From contig JAUCBJ010000527.1 of assembly GCA_032718475.1 (NCBI GenBank), positions 1-64,000 of the forward strand: a stretch of 64,000 nt of DNA, written 5' to 3'. The first letter of the stretch is position 1; each line of letters begins with the position of its first letter. Source of the DNA: Nemertoderma westbladi (Eukaryota; Animalia; Xenacoelomorpha). Positions 48,683 to 59,100 of this stretch are shown here, in pieces. The notes below the pieces were generated by a model that was not told the DNA's origin, searched no databases, and saw nothing but the letters and a program-made list of their open reading frames with translations. Both the position numbers and the translations under genes were made by a program.

Positions 48683-49787
48683 TTTTTTTTATAAAAGGTT
48701 TAGGTACATAGTGTATCTAAACCTACTGTGTATACTATATTAAACACCTAAAACATGGTGTAGACCTACAAATTATCACATCCTACAGCACATAGTGCTC
48801 GGAATAGACACAAAAAACCAAGTCAAGTCTCTCATTTAATGAATTCCGTGAACTATAGTTCCAATGTAAGTAACCCCCTGCTGGTGTGTTACTGTGTTTC
48901 ATAATGTTCCTTATGTATAACAGTTTAAGTAATCAATAACACTTTGTTAACTAAAGCTGGATAATAATTGTGCTGCATGACGATTGTGCTCGACCTCTGC
49001 TTGAGTTTCTTATCATGGCTGCTCAGTGTGATACCAAACTTATTAATGAAGTAGTAATGTAAGTAGTATGCTAAACAACGTGATTGAGACAGCGTCTGCC
49101 ATAGTCTACCATGTTAAAGAATTTGCCGAACGGCTCTTGCCCCGCCTACTTACTATGATTACTATTGTTGCCCCACCCACTTACTATGGTTACCATGGTT
49201 ACCATTGTGCATATGTAACATATGTCACCGCTGTGTATATATGTGACATACGCGGTATAAGACTAGTTTGCAGGCGGAAGTAATTTAATTAATTCGTGTC
49301 TACCGGTCGGCGTTTGACCTTGAACCGCAATAGGTAAAACCCAATATAGTAAGTGGGTTGCAGACGTTTGTTATTATAAAAGTCTTTAACATGATTTGAT
49401 TATTCTACCTATGGGGCGAGCCATGAAGTGAGTGATAGCGTCGAAGTGTGAGTGATAGCGCCGAAGTAAGGTTATGACGCAACAACTAAAAAAGGTAAAT
49501 AAACACAGACTTATGGGGGCGAGCCGTGAAGTGAGTTCTTCCTCATCCACAACATCATTACCACTACCACCATCACCCGACGTCCCCTTCATTCCTTTCC
49601 AACATTGAAAAAATGGGGCGAGCCATGAAGCGAGTGAAGCCTTAGCATATGGGCGCCATTAATGAGTTGTGGGGCGAGCTACGGCGAAGTAAGGTTATTG
49701 TATTTATAATATTATCATTATACCAACAAATTTGATTATTATACTTAAATCCATCACCATTACTATTTTAAAATTTCTTCCACCACC

Positions 49788-50228
49788 TCACCCATTTATC
49801 CCGCTATCCTCGCTATCTACATCCACCACATTATTGCCATTACCTCCGCCACCGCCTAACATCTCTAACATTCCCATCAACATTTCAATCCTTTCTTCCA
49901 TTGCCTTCTCCCGTGCGCACCTCTCAGCCTCCTTTGCTCTCCTATCCCCCTCAGCCGCCATCTCCAACTCCCAATCTTCCCCCCACACACTCTTGTTTTT
50001 CTTCGCCTCTTCCTCCATATAATACTTTTTTTCTATCACCTCCCACGCATTCCTAGGCTCTAACAATCTCTGCACTCGCGCTTCTTCTTTTTCTGTCAAA
50101 TACATTGCTACCAGTATCATTTCATTCTCATTATCATCTCCATCCTCCACAATCTCATCATCCTCGATACTCTCATCATCCTCTACAATCTCATCCACCA
50201 CAATCTCATCTTCTCTAACCACATCCAT
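49788..50228 (-). CDS. Highly acidic 146-aa hypothetical protein, copy 1
   Basis: ATG start, D/E-rich repeats (DEIVED), upstream TATAAATA on the minus strand. Confidence 0.65.
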   Translation of the reverse strand: MDVVREDEIVVDEIVEDDESIEDDEIVEDGDDNENEMILVAMYLTEKEEARVQRLLEPRNAWEVIEKKYYMEEEAKKNKSVWGEDWELEMAAEGDRRAKEAERCAREKAMEERIEMLMGMLEMLGGGGGNGNNVVDVDSEDSGING

Positions 50229-50420
50229 GTATAATATGTATAATAATAATAATAATAAATACCGGTAAATGCGTGTATAATAAATAAATAACTAAATCTA
50301 TATAACATTTTTATTTCAACCGATAATTCATTAAACCCACAGATAATAATTTAACCGTTACCATGACACCAACCAGAAACATGGTCTATTTATATAATAA
50401 AGTTTCTACCGCTCGAAGAT

Positions 50421-51710
50421 TCACACTGAATGTTTATTCTTCTTTATTTGAGGTTGCCCATTAGTCTCGATTTCATTGAAAATGTCTTCACCATCATCCG
50501 TATCATTGACGATGTCCTCTTCAAAGTCGCTGATATCTTCATACTCATAGCTAGGTGTTTTATTCACGATGAGATCAATTTTTCGCTTAAGCGCTTGTTC
50601 TTTCATGGCTTTAGGTGTTTTCATCTTCATCTGAGCGCTCACACCCCCAACGAGGGTATCAATATCCTTATAATCATTCTTTTTTTCAGTGCTGTCTACC
50701 TGTTCATTTTCTGGAATCGCGGGCAACCAGATTTTTTTCTCATCCATTTTCTTAGCAGCGACTTTTACTGCTTCGGACGTCTTCAGCTGAGTAGCATTGT
50801 TCGGCATTTCCACTTTCATTAGTTCCTCGTCCGTTAATTCATCAATCGCAGCCTCAACAACTAACTTTTTAATCGGTAGAAACTCACACCCAGACGGAAT
50901 ATCGTGGTCCGCGTACTTCTGTAATTGCTTAATTATCTCGACATTTGCGTTGTTTCGAGGGATGAAAATAACCTTGGTGTCGAAGTTGTGGGACAAATAT
51001 ATCCCGTTTTTGTTAACGGTTGATGTGTACCTCATACTAACCTCATCGATATTCTCGTTAACATTCTTATCTATGTTAAAGTCGAGCAAACAGAATTCAT
51101 CCGCTCTGAGATTCAACCCATCGTAATATATAACACCCTTTCGCTGTCTACCTATATCATCCACTTCCCAAACGCCGACAAATCGTTGCCCTTCAAAGTC
51201 GTAGATATATCCAATGTACCCACAATCTTCGAACTCCATAAAATTCTCATCATGAATTTCCTTCTTTTTTGGTTCAATACGGGAAAGAACGACTTTGCCG
51301 TAGAAGCTTTGTAAGTAATCTATAATTTTTCGCGAGATAAAAATTGATGCGCCGTTTTTCCCAATGCGTAAGTACGCATGATTTATCGGTGTTATAAGCA
51401 AATTGCCTCAGGTGTATTCCTTGTAATATTCAATGGCTATTTTATTATAATTGAGGAAGTCAAACAGGAATCTTATGTTCTGGTAAGTAAGACTTACCGA
51501 TTCTTGTACGACGTTGCGTCCTTTGGTATCACCCCAACGGTTGAATCGAACGTATTTCCCGTTAAATGCTTTTATTTCTATTCCTTCCCCCAAACACTCG
51601 AGGCCCCACACACTCTTACCTGTAATCACCGATACGTATGGGGCGGGCACACTATCAGTAGAGCTACCGCTTAATGACATCATTTTTGGTTGTGATGGTT
51701 TCACAGATTC
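50421..51710 (-). CDS. PC4-like ssDNA-binding-domain protein with acidic/basic tail, split by one in-frame TGA at 51408-51410, copy 1
   Basis: YDFEGQRFVGVWEVD...DGLNLRADEF and IKAFNGKYVRFNRW...SVSLTYQNI resemble PC4 folds; reads EYT*GNLLITP in one frame; exact start codon uncertain. Confidence 0.55.
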
Positions 51711-52352
51711 CATCAACAAATTTTGCGAAATATTAATAATTAAGTGTAAAAATAAAATACAATAATATCGCGCTATACAATGTGCGAAAAATATGATAAT
51801 GAATGAATTAACCAGAATGACATGATAATGAATGAATGAATTAACCAGAATGACAAAATAAAGTATTTTACAGACGTATTTATAATATAATGATGGGCTA
51901 TCGGGAAAACGGGTATATTTTAACCACTCAACCGGATTAATCGCTATTGTCGTGAGAGAATTTTTCTGAAAAACTTCCTATAAATTTCAAGGGAAATATT
52001 TATTTACGCTTAAATTGGTTGACGTAAGTGGTGACAGCTTTGCAGCGGCGATTAATGCGGCCGGCCGATAGAAATTTCTATAGACACACCCCCAAATTTC
52101 TACAGAATATTACTCACGGTTAAATTGATTGACGTCAACTGTATTAACTGTGTAGCTTCTTAGAAGTTTCATAATTTTAAGCATGAGCGAATTTAATTTA
52201 ATGTCGGGATCGCAAACTTTTCTCTCACGACAGATATTTTTCTGTAATCACATTTATTACTAAAAACGAATGATTGTGCCGCGCGAGCGGCGTTTTAAAG
52301 ACACACCCATTATAAATATACCCATTGGTCAAAATATTATTGATTAAGCAAC

Positions 52353-52727
52353 ATGGCAATACTGGGGCAGCTTGAGTCTATAGATAAGATCATTTTTTCA
52401 AATATATTATTTATTGTTACCTTTCTTTTAGGACTTTTTTTAGGTAAAATACGGCATAATAAAAAAATGTTTCCAATAATACAAGCTGAAAATAGTTACC
52501 GCGGTCCTAATTCAATTATTCCGATTAAAATTGAATTGTTAAGCCCAGCAGCTCGGGCACCTGTATGCGGTTCATATAGCCCAGCTGGGATTGACATATA
52601 TAGCGCCGTGAATAGAACAATAGAGCCGCACTCACGGATGTTAATTGAGACCACCTCACCCATTTATCCCGCTATCCTCGCTATCTACATCCACCACATT
52701 ATTGCCATTACCTCCGCCACCGCCTAA
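52353..52727 (+). pseudogene. Truncated dUTPase-like copy made by the duplication junction
   Basis: Identical to 55221 onward up to MLIET, then reads into the antisense strand of the acidic gene. Confidence 0.9.
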
Positions 52728-53096
52728 CATCTCTAACATTCCCATCAACATTTCAATCCTTTCTTCCATTGCCTTCTCCCGTGCGCACCTCTCAGCCTCC
52801 TTTGCTCTCCTATCCCCCTCAGCCGCCATCTCCAACTCCCAATCTTCCCCCCACACACTCTTGTTTTTCTTCGCCTCTTCCTCCATATAATACTTTTTTT
52901 CTATCACCTCCCACGCATTCCTAGGCTCTAACAATCTCTGCACTCGCGCTTCTTCTTTTTCTGTCAAATACATTGCTACCAGTATCATTTCATTCTCATT
53001 ATCATCTCCATCCTCCACAATCTCATCATCCTCGATACTCTCATCATCCTCTACAATCTCATCCACCACAATCTCATCTTCTCTAACCACATCCAT
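52656..53096 (-). CDS. Highly acidic 146-aa hypothetical protein, copy 2
   Basis: Identical translation to 49788-50228. Confidence 0.65.
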   Translation of the reverse strand: MDVVREDEIVVDEIVEDDESIEDDEIVEDGDDNENEMILVAMYLTEKEEARVQRLLEPRNAWEVIEKKYYMEEEAKKNKSVWGEDWELEMAAEGDRRAKEAERCAREKAMEERIEMLMGMLEMLGGGGGNGNNVVDVDSEDSGING

Positions 53097-53288
53097 GTAT
53101 AATATGTATAATAATAATAATAATAAATACCGGTAAATGCGTGTATAATAAATAAATAACTAAATCTATATAACATTTTTATTTCAACCGATAATTCATT
53201 AAACCCACAGATAATAATTTAACCGTTACCATGACACCAACCAGAAACATGGTCTATTTATATAATAAAGTTTCTACCGCTCGAAGAT

Positions 53289-54578
53289 TCACACTGAATG
53301 TTTATTCTTCTTTATTTGAGGTTGCCCATTAGTCTCGATTTCATTGAAAATGTCTTCACCATCATCCGTATCATTGACGATGTCCTCTTCAAAGTCGCTG
53401 ATATCTTCATACTCATAGCTAGGTGTTTTATTCACGATGAGATCAATTTTTCGCTTAAGCGCTTGTTCTTTCATGGCTTTAGGTGTTTTCATCTTCATCT
53501 GAGCGCTCACACCCCCAACGAGGGTATCAATATCCTTATAATCATTCTTTTTTTCAGTGCTGTCTACCTGTTCATTTTCTGGAATCGCGGGCAACCAGAT
53601 TTTTTTCTCATCCATTTTCTTAGCAGCGACTTTTACTGCTTCGGACGTCTTCAGCTGAGTAGCATTGTTCGGCATTTCCACTTTCATTAGTTCCTCGTCC
53701 GTTAATTCATCAATCGCAGCCTCAACAACTAACTTTTTAATCGGTAGAAACTCACACCCAGACGGAATATCGTGGTCCGCGTACTTCTGTAATTGCTTAA
53801 TTATCTCGACATTTGCGTTGTTTCGAGGGATGAAAATAACCTTGGTGTCGAAGTTGTGGGACAAATATATCCCGTTTTTGTTAACGGTTGATGTGTACCT
53901 CATACTAACCTCATCGATATTCTCGTTAACATTCTTATCTATGTTAAAGTCGAGCAAACAGAATTCATCCGCTCTGAGATTCAACCCATCGTAATATATA
54001 ACACCCTTTCGCTGTCTACCTATATCATCCACTTCCCAAACGCCGACAAATCGTTGCCCTTCAAAGTCGTAGATATATCCAATGTACCCACAATCTTCGA
54101 ACTCCATAAAATTCTCATCATGAATTTCCTTCTTTTTTGGTTCAATACGGGAAAGAACGACTTTGCCGTAGAAGCTTTGTAAGTAATCTATAATTTTTCG
54201 CGAGATAAAAATTGATGCGCCGTTTTTCCCAATGCGTAAGTACGCATGATTTATCGGTGTTATAAGCAAATTGCCTCAGGTGTATTCCTTGTAATATTCA
54301 ATGGCTATTTTATTATAATTGAGGAAGTCAAACAGGAATCTTATGTTCTGGTAAGTAAGACTTACCGATTCTTGTACGACGTTGCGTCCTTTGGTATCAC
54401 CCCAACGGTTGAATCGAACGTATTTCCCGTTAAATGCTTTTATTTCTATTCCTTCCCCCAAACACTCGAGGCCCCACACACTCTTACCTGTAATCACCGA
54501 TACGTATGGGGCGGGCACACTATCAGTAGAGCTACCGCTTAATGACATCATTTTTGGTTGTGATGGTTTCACAGATTC
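53289..54578 (-). CDS. PC4-like protein with in-frame TGA at 54276-54278, copy 2
   Basis: Identical translation to copy 1. Confidence 0.55.
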
Positions 54579-54587
54579 CATCAACAA

Positions 54588-55220
54588 ATTTTGCGAAATA
54601 TTAATAATTAAGTGTAAAAATAAAATACAATAATATCGCGCTATACAATGTGCGAAAAATATGATAATGAATGAATTAACCAGAATGACATGATAATGAA
54701 TGAATGAATTAACCAGAATGACAAAATAAAGTATTTTACAGACGTATTTATAATATAATGATGGGCTATCGGGAAAACGGGTATATTTTAACCACTCAAC
54801 CGGATTAATCGCTATTGTCGTGAGAGAATTTTTCTGAAAAACTTCCTATAAATTTCAAGGGAAATATTTATTTACGCTTAAATTGGTTGACGTAAGTGGT
54901 GACAGCTTTGCAGCGGCGATTAATGCGGCCGGCCGATAGAAATTTCTATAGACACACCCCCAAATTTCTACAGAATATTACTCACGGTTAAATTGATTGA
55001 CGTCAACTGTATTAACTGTGTAGCTTCTTAGAAGTTTCATAATTTTAAGCATGAGCGAATTTAATTTAATGTCGGGATCGCAAACTTTTCTCTCACGACA
55101 GATATTTTTCTGTAATCACATTTATTACTAAAAACGAATGATTGTGCCGCGCGAGCGGCGTTTTAAAGACACACCCATTATAAATATACCCATTGGTCAA
55201 AATATTATTGATTAAGCAAC
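54588..55220. promoter_or_regulatory. Divergent promoter region (copy 1 at 51720-52352)
   Basis: TATAAATA on minus (54745-54752) and plus (55179-55186); TGACGT at 54888 and TGACGTCA at 54998; 13-bp inverted pair at 54816-54828 and 55088-55100. Confidence 0.7.
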
Positions 55221-55853
55221 ATGGCAATACTGGGGCAGCTTGAGTCTATAGATAAGATCATTTTTTCAAATATATTATTTATTGTTACCTTTCTTTTAGG
55301 ACTTTTTTTAGGTAAAATACGGCATAATAAAAAAATGTTTCCAATAATACAAGCTGAAAATAGTTACCGCGGTCCTAATTCAATTATTCCGATTAAAATT
55401 GAATTGTTAAGCCCAGCAGCTCGGGCACCTGTATGCGGTTCATATAGCCCAGCTGGGATTGACATATATAGCGCCGTGAATAGAACAATAGAGCCGCACT
55501 CACGGATGTTAATTGAGACGGGTGTTAAAATATATTTACCCGCCAATTATTTTGGAAGAATTACGCCGACTTTTAGCTTGACAAAAATTGGCATTGATGT
55601 TGCAGAATGTGCGGTCGATTCCAGCGTCGCACGCGGTAATATAGATCAACTTGTAATTATATTGATTAACAACACATCTAAGGAATACGTTGTAACATCC
55701 GGTGATAAAATATGCCAGCTTATATGCCAACAATGTAATGCGGCAATACTCTACGTTTCTAATATTTATTCGGATGATTATTTTGGGGTTTTACCGACGA
55801 ATTTAACGCCGTATGGGGAAGAGATTAATTCGGCATTTTACCGCGCATATTAA
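55221..55853 (+). CDS. Trimeric dUTPase-like protein with an N-terminal hydrophobic segment, probably catalytically altered
   Basis: AGIDIYSA (motif 1), IETGVKIYLP..YFGRI, GDKICQLI (motif 4); motifs 2, 3 and 5 degenerate. Confidence 0.85.
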   Translation: MAILGQLESIDKIIFSNILFIVTFLLGLFLGKIRHNKKMFPIIQAENSYRGPNSIIPIKIELLSPAARAPVCGSYSPAGIDIYSAVNRTIEPHSRMLIETGVKIYLPANYFGRITPTFSLTKIGIDVAECAVDSSVARGNIDQLVIILINNTSKEYVVTSGDKICQLICQQCNAAILYVSNIYSDDYFGVLPTNLTPYGEEINSAFYRAY

Positions 55854-56146
55854 ATATGTGACATTAAACGCATAACACCAAACTCGGGTGGTGACACATG
55901 TCAATACTATTTCAATACTCTTACACGTGATTATACAACATAGTTAATAGAGCATATAAATAGGATAATGTCAGTTCAGTAAATTTTGGTTGGTTAAACG
56001 CTTTCTAGTGTGGGTGGCTGGTTGACCGGGTATTGGATATATTTATCTACATAAAATCTGCCGCATCTCATTCATCGGCATATTGTAAATATGTTTTCTG
56101 TACCTACGTTAATAAATATATTATAATCGTAATAATAATAATTATA

Positions 56147-59100
56147 ATGATGGAGATTAATTGCGTTTTTTGCAGTTGTACTATACTTAAGAAAAATTAT
56201 TTACGGCATTTACGCACACATTTCGATGGGTATGTTTGCGATAATTGTAATTGCCGAACTACTTCTGAAAGAATAGCAATATTTCACAGTAATAGATGTT
56301 GTGGGTTGTCTCGTCCGAATTACACCTACTGTGGTTACACGCTATCCTGCCCGACATGCTCTGATGATTTTGAAAACTTCGATTCATATATCGAACATAG
56401 TTGCCATCAAAACCACTACAATTCCCGCAAACGCAAACATAACCAAAAACAATCAGAACCGACATTTCAACCGGATCTCAACGTTGGTTTGCCTGTAAGC
56501 ATCACAAACAGCTCAGATACATCCAACGAAGGTTTTCATCTCTCAACAACATGCCACGAATCCCGCGTTCAGGAATATACCCATAATGTGTCATCTAATG
56601 AGATGTATCCAGATGTACCGAATTATTTAAATTATATGGGGTTATATGCTTCACGTGCTTTTAACACGACGGCATCGGTTTTTATTGATATGTTTTATAA
56701 AGTGTGGTTAATTGCTTCGGTGATAATGGAACGCGACGATGCTAATTATACTTTACAAGAAGAATTCCATTTTACTTCGATCGGTACAGATAATTATATT
56801 GAAAATAGCCCAGATTTTGACGAATGGTACTACACAGTCATTTCCCATATCGGTGAAAAAATATCGCAATTTATTAGGCGGGGTAGCGGCTGGAAACTTG
56901 TAACTCTATCGCGCATCAAACTTACTATTGCGTCATACTTGCGATCGGCATATCGTTTTGGACATAGTGGCGATGCCAACCAATCAATCCCAACGAAATT
57001 AAAAAATAAACATTCTGTAATAAATGTACCGTGTAATGAAGGTGAATGTTTTAAGTGGGCGGTCCTGACAGCAAAATTTTCAAAACATATATCGGATGAT
57101 CACACACTGCGCCATGTTTCACGCCAAAGTTCTTATAATCAGTATTTAGGGTTTTTTAATTTAAGCGAATTAGACTCTACCCTATCATGGAAACTAAATA
57201 TTCTAAAGTTTGAAAAAAATAATCCAAATTATTTAATAAATTTATTGTATTTTGATAGAAGTAGTGAAAAAATTTCCTTTCTACGACAACCAAGTGCTAA
57301 AAAAGCTGAAGGTAAAAGATTGCTAAATTTATTGCTTATTGAACGTCAAAATTTAACCTCAACAAATCACATCGTTGGGGTTTCTAACTTAAATAGATTA
57401 TTTAATGGTTGTGGGGAAGGCAATAGCAACGATCATTGTCATCGTTGTGAGCGGTGTATTCGCGGTTTCTACAGTCCAAATGCGTTAGAACGCCATAGAT
57501 TATGGTGTTGGCAAGGCGGGCGCCAAATAGAGGAGATGCCATCTAAACTGAATTTACGCTTTACTAATTACTATAAGTCTGTGAGCACACCTTTCATAGT
57601 ATATATGGATTTCGAAGTGGTACTAGCCCCAACAAATAATGTAAAAAAATATTATATAGCCGAACATCTCCCGTCGGCTGTTTCATATTTGATTGTCTCC
57701 AATGGTGAATTAATTAACCCCCCAAATTATTTTTTGTCTACATTTAGGCAAAATATCGATAATAACTCGGTACAGAATTTTATCGATAGTCTGGTTTTTG
57801 ATTTATTTAAGTGTTATGAATGGTCTACTTTTAACACACACCACCCCAAACACCTGGATCACACACAATACCAAGCTTATATGCGTACCACAAATTGCTT
57901 TAATTGTAAATCATTTTTCCGGAAAGATATAAATCCAAGTGTGATGCATCACAACCATTACAATGGGGCTTTCATTGGTGCGGCGTGTATTTCCTGTAAT
58001 AAACAATTAAGCGTTAAACGTCACCTATTCCCAGTTGTCTGTCATAATTTTTTTTTTTATGATTCACATTTAATTTTACAAAAAGGGTTTGCCGGTAGTA
58101 AATATAAAAATTGGAACATTGAAACCATTGCAAAAAATACTGAAAGATATATCTCACTCCGCATCGATATTCCAACGTCAGAAGCACTTAACGTGCTTGG
58201 TTATGCTATTCCAGAAAAGGACGTAAGAGGGCTCCCAACCAGCAAATCAATAACTATACAGTTTATTGATTCATTCGCATTTATGGGATTTTCCCTTTCT
58301 GCTTTGGCTGGGTTTTTGGCAAAAGATGTGTCAGATTTAACAACCGTTATTCCGCACACCGTGAAGCAAATGAGAAAATTATATCCAAATGTTACCGACG
58401 AAATTTTACGTCGTAAGTCAGTTTTTCCTTACGAATATGTCGATTCCTTAAGTAAATTGGAGGATACTAAATTACCGCATCCAAAAGAGTTTTACAGTGA
58501 ATTAACATTATCATCTATTAGCCCCGAAGAATATACATTTGCACATCTTTCGTGGGAGCAATTTCAATGTAAGACACTTTTTGATTATTTGGAAGCTTAC
58601 TTACATCTTGACGTTTTGCTGCTAGCCGATATTTTTGAAAATTTTCGCGCATATTGTACTAAACATTATTCGCTTGAGGTGTCGAACTATTACACGATGG
58701 CGGGGGTTAGTTGGGACGCGGCTTTGAGATTGTCCAAATCACATATTCGTCTACTTGCAGACCATGAAATGTATTTAACATTCGAAAATTCCATTAGGGG
58801 TGGGGTTTCTTACACCAACCTTCATATGGCAAATGCGAATATACCAGGCACAGAAACATACGACCCTAATAAACCTGAAGCTCATTTATATAATTTAGAT
58901 TTCAACAGTTTATATAGCGGTTCTTTGTCGGAGAAACTTCCTTATTCTGACTTTGAATGGTTGGATGTTGATAGTGTCGATATCATGAGTCTGGAAATTG
59001 ACGATATATTTGGATACTTCGCAATTGTAGACCTTGAATACCCAATGTCTATTCATGATGCCACAGCTGAGCTTCCATTTGCACCGGAGCATATTAAACT

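Larger units (their letters stand above)
49782..55519. repeat. 2868-bp tandem duplication (49782-52649 and 52650-55517) with 2-bp AC microhomology
   Basis: All ORFs recur at an offset of exactly 2868 with identical translations; junction ttgag-ac-cacctc at 52650-52651. Confidence 0.97.

Noticed and set aside
6620-54278. Alternative genetic code or selenocysteine explaining several in-frame TGAs
   Set aside because: TGG is used normally for Trp, one internal stop is TAA, TGA also ends ORFs, and single transitions explain the stops
56033-56146. PolB start at 56033 as given in the ORF track
   Set aside because: TTG start followed by an (ATA)n-derived Ile run; the ATG at 56147 just before the first Zn finger is more plausible
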